From contig MU058221.1 of NCBI GenBank assembly GCA_013265495.1, positions 620,001 through 684,000 of the forward strand: a stretch of DNA of 64,000 bases. The letters run 5' to 3'. The notes beneath the pieces were generated by a model. It saw only the letters and a program-made list of their open reading frames with translations, was not told the origin of the DNA and made no database searches. A program made the translations under genes and the position numbers. Source of the DNA: Vicugna vicugna. Lineage: Eukaryota. Positions 37,255 through 51,058 of the stretch are shown piece by piece. The first letter of the stretch is position 1, and each line of letters starts with the position of its first letter.

Positions 37255-37715
37255 TTTGTGTGGACTGACTCCCAATGGCTTTTCTCCTTTCTTTCTTACA
37301 TGGAACTAGAGCACCCCAATTTTTAACTGGAAACGAGGAATTTTTAATTTTAATACAGATGTGATTACTCTCTCACCAATGACACATCAACATAAGAGTA
37401 CCTGGGAGAACTGCCAATGAGTATGACTTAAAAGAAAATTGACTTTGTCTTTCGCCAGTCTTCAGTCGGCGTTATATTCCGATGCGTGTAACGCAGGATG
37501 TAATGGCTGGACTACGAGCAACCGTCTTGGATCCTGAAGACAGAGACCTCGAGGCTTGACGGGCGGAGAGCTGGAGTGCGCCTCCGTGCCCAGGACTTTG
37601 TGAGCACACTGCCCCGAGCATCCTCCAGGGGCTTAGACGGGACACAAGTGCCTCTCCTATCTCGTTATGTGCGATTTGATTCTTTCTCACTGTGGATCTA
37701 ACCCTAATCATTACC
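37255..37715 (+). mobile_element. MaLR LTR (MLT1J/H-like)
   Basis: aactagagcaccccaattttt ... gatgtaatggctggactacgagcaaccgtcttggatcctga resembles MLT1 gtgatggctggagctccagcagccatcttggaccatga. Confidence 0.65.
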
Positions 37716-37823
37716 CCTACTGTTTCCAGACTCACCTTGACGTTTTTTGGTGAGTTGCCTCGTTTGTTTCTTAGCTTCATGGGACTTTTACCCACATCTG
37801 CATCATGCATCGCACGTCGGGAA

Positions 37824-38032
37824 GTAATGGTTGCGAGCGTAGGCTCTGGAGCTTGAGTGACTGCTTTGCATTTACTAGATATGTTATATTTCCAAGTTAC
37901 TTAAACTCTCAAGGCCTCTGCTGGTTTAATCATAAATAGTTACAATAATAGTACCTACTACATAAGATTCTCATGAGAAGTAACTGCATATAAGAGTTCT
38001 CTTAGTTGAGAACACATATTAAGTACTCAAAA
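37824..38032 (+). mobile_element. MIR SINE
   Basis: gtaatggttgcgagcgtaggctctggag...caagttacttaaactctc...ataatagtacctac. Confidence 0.75.
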
Positions 38033-38619
38033 TCTATATTATAGGTATATATATGTATAAAATTACAGTTCTATGTTTTTTGAATCATGAGCTATAGGAC
38101 AAGTACTGGAGCATTAATGTTCAGTAGTGGTGATGATAATTTATACACACATGTATGTACACACACACACACACACACAATAAATTTTAATTGCAAAATA
38201 CCTACTGTAAAAGTCAAAGTTATCTTTTCTATCAGTAAAACTTCACAGTGCCTGCAGTGCAACAATGAATGCTTATATATCAACTAAAGAGAACCTGATT
38301 TAGCAGTAAAATTCCCAGCAAACTTTTCTCTCATTACTTGAAAAGAAATATATTTACATGTTAAATGAGCTCGATTTAAAAATTCTGCATATACTTAAGC
38401 TTAGGAAGAAGTAGTTTATGGGACTGTTTTTTAGTATCACATTTATTACTTTAATATATATTTATATATAGCTAATAAATCACATAATTTTTTTAGTGAT
38501 ACATGAAAATACTTTCATAGTCAGCTTTTTATTCTTTGACATTTCTTTACCTAAAGACATGATGTATGAGCAATATCTCAAGAACCAATTAAGAGTAGAA
38601 GTAAAAGCACCCTCCTCCT

Positions 38620-38713
38620 GACACTCACACATGCACGCACACGCACACCAACACCCACACAGACACACCCACACAGACACACACCCACAGACGCACACAC
38701 ATGCACACACACA
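38620..38713. repeat. Imperfect (CA)n microsatellite
   Basis: acactcacacatgcacgcacacgcacacc...cacacac. Confidence 0.85.
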
Positions 38714-39989
38714 TCTTTTTCTGTTTTAAGGATGTTACTTGTAAATTTTGGGGGCTTTTGAGTCTTACCCAGTTCTTCCAGTAAAAGGTAGATTAACTTA
38801 AACTAGAAATTCTCAGAGATTTATATAAAATCCTATTTTCTTTGAAATACATAATTATATATTAAGACAGAATAGTATTCTGCCCTTGTACTCTATGGAA
38901 AATTAAATGTGCCGATGTGTCCTTTGATCACTTGTAGCAAACACTATATGAAACACACTTTTCTGCTTGGCACAATTCCTTTAATTGTTACCGGGAAAAA
39001 CGTGTTCAGCTAGAGAGAACAATCCAATATTCTCCATTTCAAACTGACGCCACATTTTCTTCGCCTGCTTTCGGCGCTCTGTCCACCACACAGTCATTTT
39101 CTGCTTGTTTAGAGATGCCTTCTCATCACAGACTGATTAGCCAATGTGAAACATATGAGGTGCAAACGGTTTTTAAGTGTTCTGAGTTCCTAAATCTTTT
39201 ATCTTTCTTGTTTGCATGAATAGTCTTATCCTCACAAAATATATGTAGATAATGAAGAACCAAAAGGGACAAACTCTTTCATGCTGTTGTCATTGCACTA
39301 GAATGTAAGAAGATTTTTGAAAAGGGGAGAAAACACGTGAGTCAAAATTAGGTTAGAATAAAGTTCTGTGACAGACTGTATTGATGAAGTAATTCCGAAC
39401 TGCACTGAAGATGGGCAGTAAAAAGCAGTAACAATAATAGAAAGTATTCACAGAATTGTTTTATACATAGCTGAATCATCCTTTCCCAAAAATTATTCTC
39501 CTTTTTCCTTAAGCTGCTCATTGTTTTTTTTTTTTTTAACTCATCCTTTTTTTCCCCTCATCCCTATTGGTCTTGGACTAACATGCAATGAATTTTATGT
39601 CATTTCTGTGTCATCTACACATTAACTTTCTTGTCAGTCTCACTGAGCTCTTCTCACACATAGACACTAATAATGTTGACTGTGATGGAAAAGAAAGTAT
39701 CCACCACTTCTCCAAGAATTTATACTAACTCGTGTTAAGAATGTATTTTATACCATTAAGCATTTTATCAGATGACGCTCAAAATACTCAGACAAGCTTT
39801 TCTAAAAACTGACCTTCACACTGGACGTCTCCCAATTACCAGTCACTAATATTGTAAAATTCCATGTAACGCAGTAGTGGAAAATGCACAACATCACGCA
39901 TGATGTGTTCTTGCTGCAAATGCGTTGCTGCTGAGTTAAACGATACCTTCAGCTTTAACACTAGCTTACAGTGAAAAAGCAGGGATAGA

Positions 39990-40365
39990 AGGTCAAGTTA
40001 GACCTCATCACAGGGAGGCAATTAAGCAAAACCAGAATGTGGCGCCTTCTACAAGACGCATAGCCTGGCTTCTTCAATAATAAACATCATAAAAAAATAT
40101 AAGGCAGAGTTTCTTAAAGCCTGTTCAGGGATGTAATATGCAAATGCAGTGGAGATCCGGGTTTGATTTGGTTTAAAATCAATAAGGTGTTGAGAAAACA
40201 ATCACTGAGGCAATCAAGATAAGGAGAATATGGATGGGCATCAGATTACACAGAGATACCCTTGCTTTATTAAATGAATAACGGCAGGGTAATCATTGAA
40301 AACATTGCTATTCCTAGAAGGTTATACTAAGTATACGCAAGTTTGGGAGTTGCTTTAAACTCTTG
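39990..40365 (+). mobile_element. Ancient L1ME 3' fragment
   Basis: aagcaaaaccagaatgtggcgccttctacaagac...gcctggcttcttcaa...caaatgcagtg...gggagttgctttaaa. Confidence 0.55.
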
Positions 40366-40849
40366 CTGAAACTGACTCTGATTCTTTCAGTTAATCCTAT
40401 CATTCCAAAATGTTACCATTTCATTTCAAATTTAAAGTTATTATTTTGGATTCCCTTAAGATTTAACATAATACCATAGTCACAGAAGACATTAAAAAAT
40501 ATTTAAACGGGCAAAGGAAGGAAACAGCCTGGACTACTGGTCAGTAAAGTATTAGCTTTTTAAGCAACAAGTCTACATACGTGTACTTGTGTATGTATGA
40601 CACTGGATGCAGACACACACACTATATATATTTAGTAGTAATCTATACCAATTATATAATAATGACGTATGTAAGATGTATGTTAATAATATCTATCTCT
40701 ATCTACCTGTTTCTTAAAAGGCATATGCTAACATATATTCTCACACACACGCACGTAAGTATACATCTGTGCATACCCTTAAATACCCAGGAATGGCACT
40801 CGTACAGCCAGAAGCCAGCCTTGCATGAAACTTGGTTCTATCTAAAAAT

Positions 40850-41525
40850 GCATTCGACGCGAAAATGACAGAGGGTGAAATCAAACAAATACCACCGGAA
40901 GTAAGCACTGCTGGTAGCCTCACCGCGAAGGTTTCGACTTCGCTGTGCCCCCGGATAAGCAGTATTTCTAACCGGGACGCGCGCAGGGCGCGCCTCGCCC
41001 ACAGCCCAGCATCACCGTCGGCCTGAGGGTGACCTCCAGGCAGAGATCCGCGCGCCTGGGTTGCGCTTATCGTGGTGAGGAGCTGTTGCCTTGCAGCCGG
41101 CGTCTCCTCTGGAGCCTCGTTTCGTGCGAGTCTGCGGACTGCATGTCCCGCACTCCCCGAGTCTGCAGGCAACGCTCACGGCAGAAGAGGAGCAGAGGTC
41201 GTATTTACAAGGCAAGGGACTTCGCTCCTGCTTTCCAGCAGCTACTAGCCGCGGTGCCCCAGCAGCAGATGCTAACTGGCTCCAGCCTGCAGTGTGTCTC
41301 AGCCTCCAAACGGCTTCGCCACGGCTTCTAGGCGGTCAGGCTCCCAGGCGCACTGCAGGCTGCAGCCACCGACGTGCGGGTCCAAGCACCCGGCAGGCCC
41401 TGCCCATTCCCCGGAGGCCCGAGTGCTGGCCGCTCCCTGGGCGTGGCCCCCCACGCCCATCGGGGCCACTGCTGGAAGCGGTCTTCCTGGTCCTAGGTTT
41501 CCGCGATTCCAACTATTTCCGCCTT
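40850..41525. promoter_or_regulatory. CpG island, probable promoter/first exon
   Basis: ~670 bp dense in CpG; ETS CCGGAAGT 40895-40902; inverted KLF/SP pair TGGGCGTGG-cccc-CCACGCCCA 41438-41459; minus-strand donor GCG|GTGAGG (exon end 40924). Confidence 0.7.
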
Positions 41526-41835
41526 TTTTCACCAGCCCTGAAAGGTGAACATTGGGATAAACGCATTCCCTTTGTCTGAAGTATGAAGTATGTTTTTTCT
41601 GACTAGACCTACATGAAACACCCATTTAAACGTTCTGTAATGTCAAGTTATTTTTCAAATGACCAAAGGAATAGAACACTGGCAAGGCTGGGTGCCAAAT
41701 ACTGTTAGCGCCAATTCAAGGAAATCTGCTAAAACATTCTGGGTGCGAGAAAGGCCTAAAGGAAGGGCTCAAAACAACAAGACGTTCCTGGCCTTGCTCA
41801 GGAGACTGACTGCAGAGGAGACGCTGTCACACAAC

Positions 41836-42053
41836 AGGGGTCGGCGAGCTATGGCTGGTGTGACAGACTGACCTGCGTCTGCTTTTGTAACTAAGGTTCT
41901 GTTGCAACAGAGTCCCTCTTACTCATTCATGCGTTGTCTCTGGCTGCTTTTGTCTGTAACGGTGGAGGTGAATGATGGTGACAGGGACCACGTGGCATGA
42001 AAAGCCTAAAATATTTACTATTTATCCCTCCATTGGAAAAAATCTGCCAGTGT
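41836..42053 (+). mobile_element. MER58A (hAT-Charlie)
   Basis: caggggtcggcgagctatggc...gttgtctctggctgctttt...aaagcctaaaatatttactattt...aaaaaatctgcc. Confidence 0.8.
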
Positions 42054-42220
42054 GGTAGACAGCAGATCCAAGGTATCGAACGAAGTTTAACCCCAAGACT
42101 AACTCCAAACATTAGACCTGTGGTAAGAACTCACACGGGTAAGGTATTGAGTTATTTCACTCACTGCGTAAGTCGCTGCTACTGAGGGAAGTCATGACAT
42201 TTCGAGAGGAAAGATCTCAC

Positions 42221-42280
42221 TAATAATAATAATAATTGATAAGTAATAATAATAATAATAATAATAAAAATAAAAATAAA
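42221..42280. repeat. (TAA)n microsatellite
   Basis: taataataataataat...aataataataataataaaaataaaaataaa. Confidence 0.9.
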
Positions 42281-42914
42281 TTGGGTTACACTACAGAAAA
42301 TAAAGAAAACTTTTGGCTTCCAGGATTATCAGAGCTATGAGAGACATGGCATAGATCATTGAAGATTTAAATTGGCAAATTGAATCTAAACTTTTTATCG
42401 TTCTTGTCATGAAAGTTTTAAACAGCTCAATGCAATCTCCACGGTATGAAAAATAGGCATCCATCTGTAAGAATAAGAAACATTTGTTTACTGGGCATGT
42501 GAATACATTTAGCGGTTGGAAAGAGGGAAGCAACCTTTGAATGCTATACTGACGTCTCTTAGAAATAGATCTACAATGGGAAAGACTAGAACGGGTTGAC
42601 GTTTGCAATTGGCACTCGTAATTCAGGAGGGTGTTTTGTATATGACAACGGAATTGGCAGTTACAAAAGAGCCATACTCCGAGTGAGGGGAAATGGATTC
42701 AGAAGGAAAAGTTGCCCCATTTAAACCTACAGTGAAGGCAGTAAGCAGCAGCTCACAAACTGCAGGAAACTCAGTTATTAATTAATTAAAGGAATTAAAC
42801 TAGAACTTCAATTTAAAAATGATTCAAAGAAGAGAAAGGGAGGGCGATCAGATGAATCTCTGCCAGTTAATTGTCCCTGGAGTTCCAGAAGGTGAACGTT
42901 CAACAGATGATCTG

Positions 42915-43372
42915 GCAATCCCACTGGAACATCTAACAGAGATCTCAAGTCTAACAAGATGAAAATAAAATTCTTTATTTGTATTGCTCAGACCTTCTCC
43001 TCTTCCGTCTTCTTCCTCTGAGTTAACATCATCTTCCTACAGTTGCTCAAGGCCAAAATCGACAAGTCATTGACCCCTCCCTTCCTTTCACGCCCATGAG
43101 GAATCTACTGGTCCATTCTGCCAACACCGACCTGCCTCTAAATCGTATCAGCTTCTGTGTGTTCCCCCTCCTCCACCTCTCTGGTCCAGGTCAGGTTATC
43201 TCTCACTTGAACTGATGTGAAAACCCCCTTGCAGGCCTCTCGACTTCTACTTCTGCCCCCCGTCAGTCCACCCTCCACATGGCAATCCCGTGGTCTTTTA
43301 AAAATGTAACTCAGATCATACCACTTTCCTACCAGAATTCTTAAATTATTTCTCACTGTAAGAATAAACTGC
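42915..43372 (+). mobile_element. L2 LINE fragment
   Basis: atctaacagagatctcaagtctaaca, cagttgctcaaggccaaaa, agtcattgacccctcccttc, tctttaaaaatgtaactcagatca. Confidence 0.8.
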
Positions 43373-43779
43373 AGGAATTTGACAACAGTGGTGGGGTAGC
43401 TTTTAATTTTCATGGGCAGTCTCTTAAAAACAGATGGGACAATAAAGATAGCAAACCCTCAAACCCACACACAACATCTACAGTAAATCTAAATGTTAAC
43501 ATAGTCCCACACACCTCAAAATACAATCAGGTGGTGGGAAAGCCACTAAGAGCTAAGACTGGTGATTGATCAGCGTCTGTGCAGAAGGAGGCACAGGATC
43601 AAACAAAACGGAAGAGAGAAAAACCCTCAAACGGTCAAAAAATCTCACTGGAAAGCCTGGTGTCATCGATCTGACAATGGCAGCTGAAGAAGAGATGCGT
43701 TTAACCCAGTCCAGTGAAGAGGTGAGTGAAAGTCTCAACTAGCCCTTGATTCTTTCAGATAATTAGAGTATCAGAGAAA

Positions 43780-44980
43780 GAATATAAAGGAACAGACATA
43801 AAATTATTAAAGACACAAAAAGCACTCAAAATGTGAGAGCACAAAAGAGGCCAGGGAAATCTGAAAAATAAAGTAACAGAACTTTATGAGTTGGCAAAAA
43901 AAAAAAAAACTAAAATAAAGAACAAAATATATGTTTTAAAGAATTGAAGTCAAAATCAGTAAAAGGTAAGATAGATGTGAAGAAATTACTTATAGTTCAG
44001 CACAAGCTGCTAAAGAGATCAAAATGTACGAGGGGAAGTAAAAATAATACATATTTAATTGCAGTTCAAGAAATAAAGAGCAGGAAACATGAGGGAGAGA
44101 GAACTGCAAGATGATATGGCTTTATATTTTTCGTAATTCAATAAAGATATGAAGAATTCGATGCAGACACACATACAAAACTGAAACAGGACAAAGAAAG
44201 CAAACGCCACGTCTAAGCTCACTGGAGTCAGCCTCCAGAGCACAAAGCTACGAGTAAAACTGGTCAGTGGGGAACCACTGAGCACTTACCAAGAAAACAC
44301 AGCTGTACTGACTCTAAAATACTGGAGAAAGCAGCTGGCAACTTAGAATTTATACTCAGCTAAATTGTCATGTGAAAAACAACACAATAACCAAATAAAA
44401 TGGAAATAACATCTTCAGACAAATCAAAATAAAAATTCACCAACGGTCTTGCTGAACTATCTCCTATAAGAATATTGCTTAATGGAGAATAACATTGAAT
44501 CCAATATGGATTGCTAATGGAAGCTTAAATTTATAAAAAAAATAAATTGCTATTATACATTAAAAATGTTTGCACTAGAAATTCCTTGTCTATAAGTTTA
44601 TCCTAATAATTTTGTCATGGATATATACAAATATTTGCCTATAAAATATTTTTTCATAATATTAAAATCAGAAATACTTTTGACAACCCCCAAAAATGGA
44701 CTTGGGAAATACTATGCCATCATTAATCAAATTTATATAGAAAGACATCTGTCTAAAAGCATGGATTTGTATCAAAGATATATTCTTTACAAAAGCAGCC
44801 TACATTATTGTATACAGTTTGAATATAATTTTGTTGAAATATTACTGGAGACATAATGTTCAAAATATTAAAATCTGTTTCCTCTGGCAATGGAATTGTG
44901 AGTCCTTTCAAATTACTTTTTTATGCCTGACTACATTTTAAAATTATTTCTATGCTAACCATTTGCTTTTGTACTTAAAA
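43780..44980 (+). mobile_element. Degenerate L1ME/HAL1-like ORF1 and 3' fragments
   Basis: A-rich; aacttagaatttatactcagctaaattgtca resembles the ORF1 C-terminal PRILYPAKLS region; later tctggcaatggaattgtgagt L1ME-like 3' end. Confidence 0.5.
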
Positions 44981-46460
44981 GAAATATTACCTAAAAATGC
45001 TGTCTTTGGCTATAAATATGTCCTCAGTTTCCGAAAGTTTGAACATCATGGAACTCAAACAAGGAATGCAGGAGACTGAAACAGCTGCTCGGGTTAGCTC
45101 ATCAGCGAAGGAAGGATTGCAAGAGTTTTTCCACGTTGAACCATAACCTCTAATCTCATGTTTAATTTAGAAAATGTGTGAGGCAGGAGGAAGAAGAATT
45201 GGAAGTGAGAGGGTACCAACAGGAAACTAAGGCTGTTTCTAAGGCAACCATGTACGTTCTAACTAACCTCGAGATACGATCACTTATCTGGGGATCTGCA
45301 ATGTGAGCGTATGAATACTGACTTTTTGTAAACGCTGTATTTGGTGATGACTACTGTTTATTTGCTTAAGCTTTCCTTGCAAAAAGAACTTGTACCTGGC
45401 TATTTTCTGCAATGACTCAGAAAGAAATTAAGCTACCAGTTTCCACCTACAAGTGGATTATGAAGTGGCAAAAATATGTGGTGTCTAATGACCACATTTT
45501 GTTTCAAATGATTCCATGTGTCAATACCGTTCTTGACATGGACAACATACTGCAAGATCATTATTGAAGATAAAAGAGTATTTTCCCTTCTATGTAACTT
45601 TTGCAGTTAATAAATCTATAATTGTTTATCTTTTTTTACGATTATTTTTCAATATTACATTAAACATTGTATTGATTTTTAAGTGCATTGCTCAAGCATC
45701 ACTGAGGAAGGGTTTAAACTGATAGGGATGAAGAGTTTAAACAGATGGTGTATGTAATAACCTTTTTCTGAGGTAACGTCTACTGGATAGAGATGAAGGG
45801 GGCATAGATCTAAGACTTGGCGATTACCCCAATGATTCTACTTAAGCACGTTGTGGAAAAGCAGAACACAGGCCTGAAACGTAACACAGTCAGATTCAGC
45901 AACAACACAATTTATTGGACAGATTGGAAGATGTCCCTTAATTTTTTTTTTAATGCAGTATAGCCTGGTCTATCTAGAAACCAGCTCTTTGCTGTAATAT
46001 CTCTAATAACAGAAATGTAAGAACTCCAGTTTAACCAAAGCAACCCATGTGCAGAAATGTAAAAAAAAGAATCTAAATATGTATTGAATGTGTAATTAGT
46101 GCACATATGTTATTATTACAGTCCGGGGAGAGCTAATCATAGAAACTTGGAAGTTACTTTTAGTAAATTAATATTTTAAATTTTGCGTAATTGTCCACTT
46201 AATTTCTAAGCATGAGGGGAATAGTCAACTACGCTTCATTTCTCCTCACCTGTAGCATACTAACTGTCGTGCAGCGTCAGGAGAATTTCAGCGGCTGACG
46301 ATACAGTCCTCAAAGCCTGACAAGATTCAATACGCAATTTTTCATAAAGTGAAGACTTCATTTTTTAAAAAAATTATACAAAATATAAAGAGTTACTTTT
46401 TGCTCTTCTATATACTCAACCCCTCCTTTTGTTTTCAGAAGAATCTAAGGTTTTAAAAAC

Positions 46461-46629
46461 AATTTTTTTTTATTAAGGTGCAGTCAGTTACAATGTGTCA
46501 GTTTCTGGTGTACAGCACAATGTCCCCGTCATGCACATACGTACATATGTTCATTTTCATGTTCTTTGTCATTAAAGGTTATTACAAGATATTGAATATA
46601 GTTCCCTATGCTATACAGGAGAAACTTGT
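46461..46629 (-). mobile_element. Short camelid-type L1 3' end with 11-bp TSD
   Basis: Poly(T) then cagtcagttacaatgtgtcagtttctggtgtacagc; TSD gttttaaaaac at 46450-46460 and 46630-46640. Confidence 0.9.
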
Positions 46630-46719
46630 GTTTTAAAAACCTATTTATACATATATTATATTTAAAACCTATATTATATATATGCATATATATATGGCTA
46701 AGGTTTTTATATATCATTT

Positions 46720-47185
46720 GATTCACCGATTATAATCAAAAATTGTAAATCTCAATGGTGTTTTAGTAAATTTACCAAGTTGTGTAACCATCACTATAAA
46801 TCATTTTTAGTGTATTTTCATCGCCCTGGTAAGATCTCTCATATGTATATACTGTTAATACACACTGACATATAAAACTGCCCTAGGAAACCACTTTCTC
46901 AAGATTTGCCTTTTCTGGACATATATAAACCTAATCAATAAAATGTGATCTATTATTTACGGCTTTTTTGACAAAGTATGTTTTTGAAGTCCGTCCATGC
47001 TGGAACAGGTATCCACAGCTCATTCCTTTTCATTGCTGAATGTTATGTATGGCTTCATTTTACGTTTCATTTTTCCTATCCATTCATCAGCTGATGGCTA
47101 TTTGAAGTTTTTTTGTCTTGTGAATAGTGCTGCTATGATCTTCCATGTACAAGGATTTGACTAGACCTGTTTTCAAATATCTGTA
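46720..47185 (-). mobile_element. Old L1MB/L1ME 3' end
   Basis: ttttagtaaatttaccaagttgtgtaaccatcac, gatttgccttttctggacat, cattcctttttcattgctgaa, gtgaatagtgctgctatga. Confidence 0.8.
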
Positions 47186-48584
47186 TAATTTTAAGGAATT
47201 GAAACTAAGATTTAAAAAACCTTAGAACATGCACAATTTTAGAGTGATTCAATACAGTGCAAAAATGTCATATTTTTATTGTAAAACTTGGAAAGCAGCT
47301 TAAATATTTTCTTATTTTATTAACATATGCTTCCATTTTACTTTATGAGAATTAAATAAATGCACTATACATATATTTAGTACTCAATTATAAAATCCCA
47401 TGTTAATTTTTCCTAAAGTGCCATCTTTCCTTTTTTTACCGTAAATCACCTGTTCCATATGGGAGTGGCAAATATATAAGCAACTTTTTCTCTATATTAG
47501 CAGTGACCAAATAAATTAATAACATTGCCAAACCAAAATTTATTAATGCACTTAATTTGGTGCAAGAAATAAAATCAGCTGAGCCAATTTTTTTAGAAAA
47601 GTTTTATTCATATGGGAAATCCACAAATGTTATGCACACATGCATAACTACACAATTCTGTTATGTATTTTTTATAGTCTTATAAGTGTTTAATTTATTC
47701 AAACATTCTAAAAACAATTATGGAGCCTGGACCTGTTCATGGTGCAGGAGCTAATTTCTGCAGTAAGAATGCAAGGGCTAATTGGGTCTATCTGCGTGCT
47801 GTTTGAGGAAATGTGATTCTAACACTGTGGAAGTTACTTTCCACCTGCAATGCTCCAACATTGTGAGGTTCAGATTTCTGCACTGCACACGGAGAAGGTA
47901 TTATTGTAAAAATGTAGCAGTTCAGGACTAAATTACTACTTCTCATGTTCTAAATTCAATCATGTAGAAATTACAACGAAAAGGAAATTTTTGGTCTTCA
48001 GAAAATGTTCCTCCTCATCACACTGACCTCATTTGTTTACAGAAGGCCAGAACTTTTGGCAAAGGCTGCCACTGCTAGAAATTGGCAAATTTTGTAGAGA
48101 CATTGACACTGGGAGGGAGGCCCATTTCATGTCATCTTAGGGGACAAAAATGATAAAATGTGCTTAAAAAATAAAGTGGTAGCCTTATTTCCAAACATTA
48201 TTAAATTATAGCTTGGTTTAAGAACATTGAGTACTAATATTGATGCCACATCCAGAAAAAACTGCCTCAAACTCTGAAGAGTATCTGCTTTCTTTATGAA
48301 GGAAAATTATATTCTCGTTAATAACATCTGTGCCGCTGATAAGTCACTGACAGCCCCATTCTGCGACCTACTGTGGGTTATCAGTTGGCAGGACACACAG
48401 TTTCTTTCGATCCTCCTGCTCATTATTAATGCTCAAAATCTCTCAGTGACGGATGGAGCATGCACCTCACTGAGGCGTCAGCACACACATTTATTTCTGC
48501 GACTCTTCCACTTTTGGTAAAAACTAATTTTGGAGTCCAGCAAAAGTGCATCATTCAAGGTGCATGCTCTGAACAGCTCGGAAA

Positions 48585-48960
48585 GGGAAGTAAGACTAAA
48601 CTACACTTATGCATAACCCCTCAAATCTCAATGTTTTAACAACAACAAAAAATGCCTATTTTTTACTCATGGAAATTTTCCTACTGGCTGGGCAAACCTC
48701 TGGAACGTCTTCCAAATGGGGACTCAGTGATCCAAGACATTCTTATCTGTGGACATAACATCACTGCTCTGGTTCCCACGGTCTTTGCCAAAAGGGAAGA
48801 GAGGTGTTAGAAGGTTGAAAAATAGCTTTAGTCCCAACTGGTTTAACATTATATCTGTTCATAGCCCACTGGCCCTGGGCAGTTACAAGAGGACTGCATA
48901 TGTGTGTGTTCAGTAGAGGGGCAGAGGAGACATGCAGACACTCAACAAGCAGCAAATGCG
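48585..48960 (-). mobile_element. MaLR LTR (MLT1K/L-like)
   Basis: aacccctcaaatctcaatgttttaacaacaaca...tattttttactcatg...gggactcagtgatccaag...ttcatagcccactggcc. Confidence 0.6.
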
Positions 48961-50802
48961 TCACCCACATGATTCTACCAGTTTCTAAAATGACTTTGTT
49001 AGAGATTTAAGCAATTATCACATGGAGAATTGGGTTAACAGGAGTGGCACTGTGGTTAAACTCAGGCCCTGATTTGAGCAGAAATTGAGGGGAAGGATAG
49101 GGGTAAGAATTTCAAAAGATGTGCTGCATTAAAAAGTGAAGAAATATTTCAGAAAGGACGTTATCAAAACCACTTAAAGCAGAGCTCTTCCCAGATACTG
49201 ATTCAAAAATATAAAGTGGAATGTTAAAAATGGGCCGTTTCTAAAAGATTCAGAAACTTGAGATACATAAGGTTTTCAAAGATTTCATTCATTTTCTAGG
49301 TCAATAATGTAATTTCATGCTTCTGATGTTTCATTTTTGAAACAGGATTGAAGCATTTCTCTGTTGTAAGCTCACATTCTTAGACACAAGTCCATTGATA
49401 AATGACTTGACAGTGAAACAAAATATATATATATATTGTGTAAAAGATAATATTTATCTTGGTAGAAAAACAAAATCCGCGCATTCAGAGTGTTTTTGGC
49501 ATCTCTGATGGAGCAAGGCTCTGCATTCACTTCACTGATGCATGGTGTTTGTGTCGATGGAGGAAAACTGTTCTCTGACAATCTGAGAAAATGTAATTTC
49601 ATTTGTCTTCCTAACAGCTGTCTACAGCTCTATAGCACTGAACCTCAAGTGTGCAGAATGATTTCAAAGCAAATCTTGAAAAAGAAGCACCGGAGCTGTG
49701 TGTGTCTGGGTGTGGGTTGTATGTGGTGGGGTGCACTTCTTGGAAGATACTAGCAAGACAGGTAAACAGAACAAAAGACAGGATGTTACTGTCAGACCTT
49801 CACGTCTAGGTGAAAGAATTAGTTTTTTGGAAACGGGGCTGGGGAGAATGTGAAAAGGCAAATTACCAACTCAACATTTCATTTCATGCTTCCAAACAAC
49901 TGTATCACTGAATTTTGTTCTGCATGAGAGTAAATGTTTGAATTTTAAAGGCTAAACTATATGTAATGATTTTATCATCAGCTCCTCATCTTAATATAAA
50001 TCTGAGCATCTTTTAATGTGAAACTGACCTACACTTAAAAAAGGACATAGCAAGTAAATTACCTCTCCCAGACAAAGGGTAAGCAGTATTGTGCCTCCTC
50101 AGTTTAAGGCAGAAGCAAAGTGTTAAGAAAATATATATTTATTCTGATGTTTTGCATCAAAACACACACACCACACACACACACACATACACACACGCAT
50201 CTAAAACCTTAAAGGCAAGATACCTGCTTTAGAAAATTCTGCAAACTTTGAATTCAGAAGGTGAACAAGAATTATCTAAAAATAAAGACGCTTTTATGCC
50301 ATGAAAATTAAAAAGTGATAAAATAGTTCAGAAGATGATAGAAGATTCTTGTGCAAATAAATTTTCAGCAGAAATGTCATTGTATAACCAGGGATTCACA
50401 ATGACCACGTAGATTTTGTCTGTAATTTGAAGGTTGAGTTTAGTCCAGTTTCCCTGGGTAGATGGTATTAGCTAGTCACTTTTCTACCATCTGCTGTAAC
50501 TACGTGAAATGAGGTTACTGTCTCTCGGGGGAAGACAAGAAGGTAGCGATGGTCCAGGCTACCCTGTGCTGAGCTCCCGCTACAACGTGGAATCCTCAGA
50601 TGGAACAATTTAGCATCGATCTATTTAAAATTTACATTTTGGAATAATACAGAAGACTGATATATTAATGAATAATTGATAACCAGTCATTAATATGTTG
50701 AAATGTATAGACATGTAAAATATTTATGTTTATGCAAAAATACGTATTCTATACAGTATATGTTATTCTATAAACAACTAAATGTAAAAATGTATTTGTT
50801 TT

Positions 50803-51058
50803 CACACGGGTGGTTGCCAATGGGAAGGGAGGTGGGAAGGGATAAACTGAGAGTTCAAGATTTGCAGACACTGACTGGTATGTATAAAATAGATAAACAA
50901 GTTTATACTGCATAGCACAGGGAACTATATTCAATATTTGTAGTAGCTTATGGTGAAAAAATATGAAAATGAATATAAGTATGTTCATGTATGACTGAAG
51001 CATTGTGCTGTGCACCGGCAATTGACACAGCATCGTAAACTGACTATACCTCAATAAA
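50803..51058 (+). mobile_element. Short camelid-type L1 3' end with 17-bp TSD
   Basis: TSD aaaaatgtatttgtttt at 50786-50802 and 51059-51075; ends gactatacctcaataaaaa. Confidence 0.93.

Noticed and set aside
40741..41625. Multiple overlapping 100-160 aa ORFs on both strands
   Set aside because: Expected by-product of CpG-island GC content; no homology recognised
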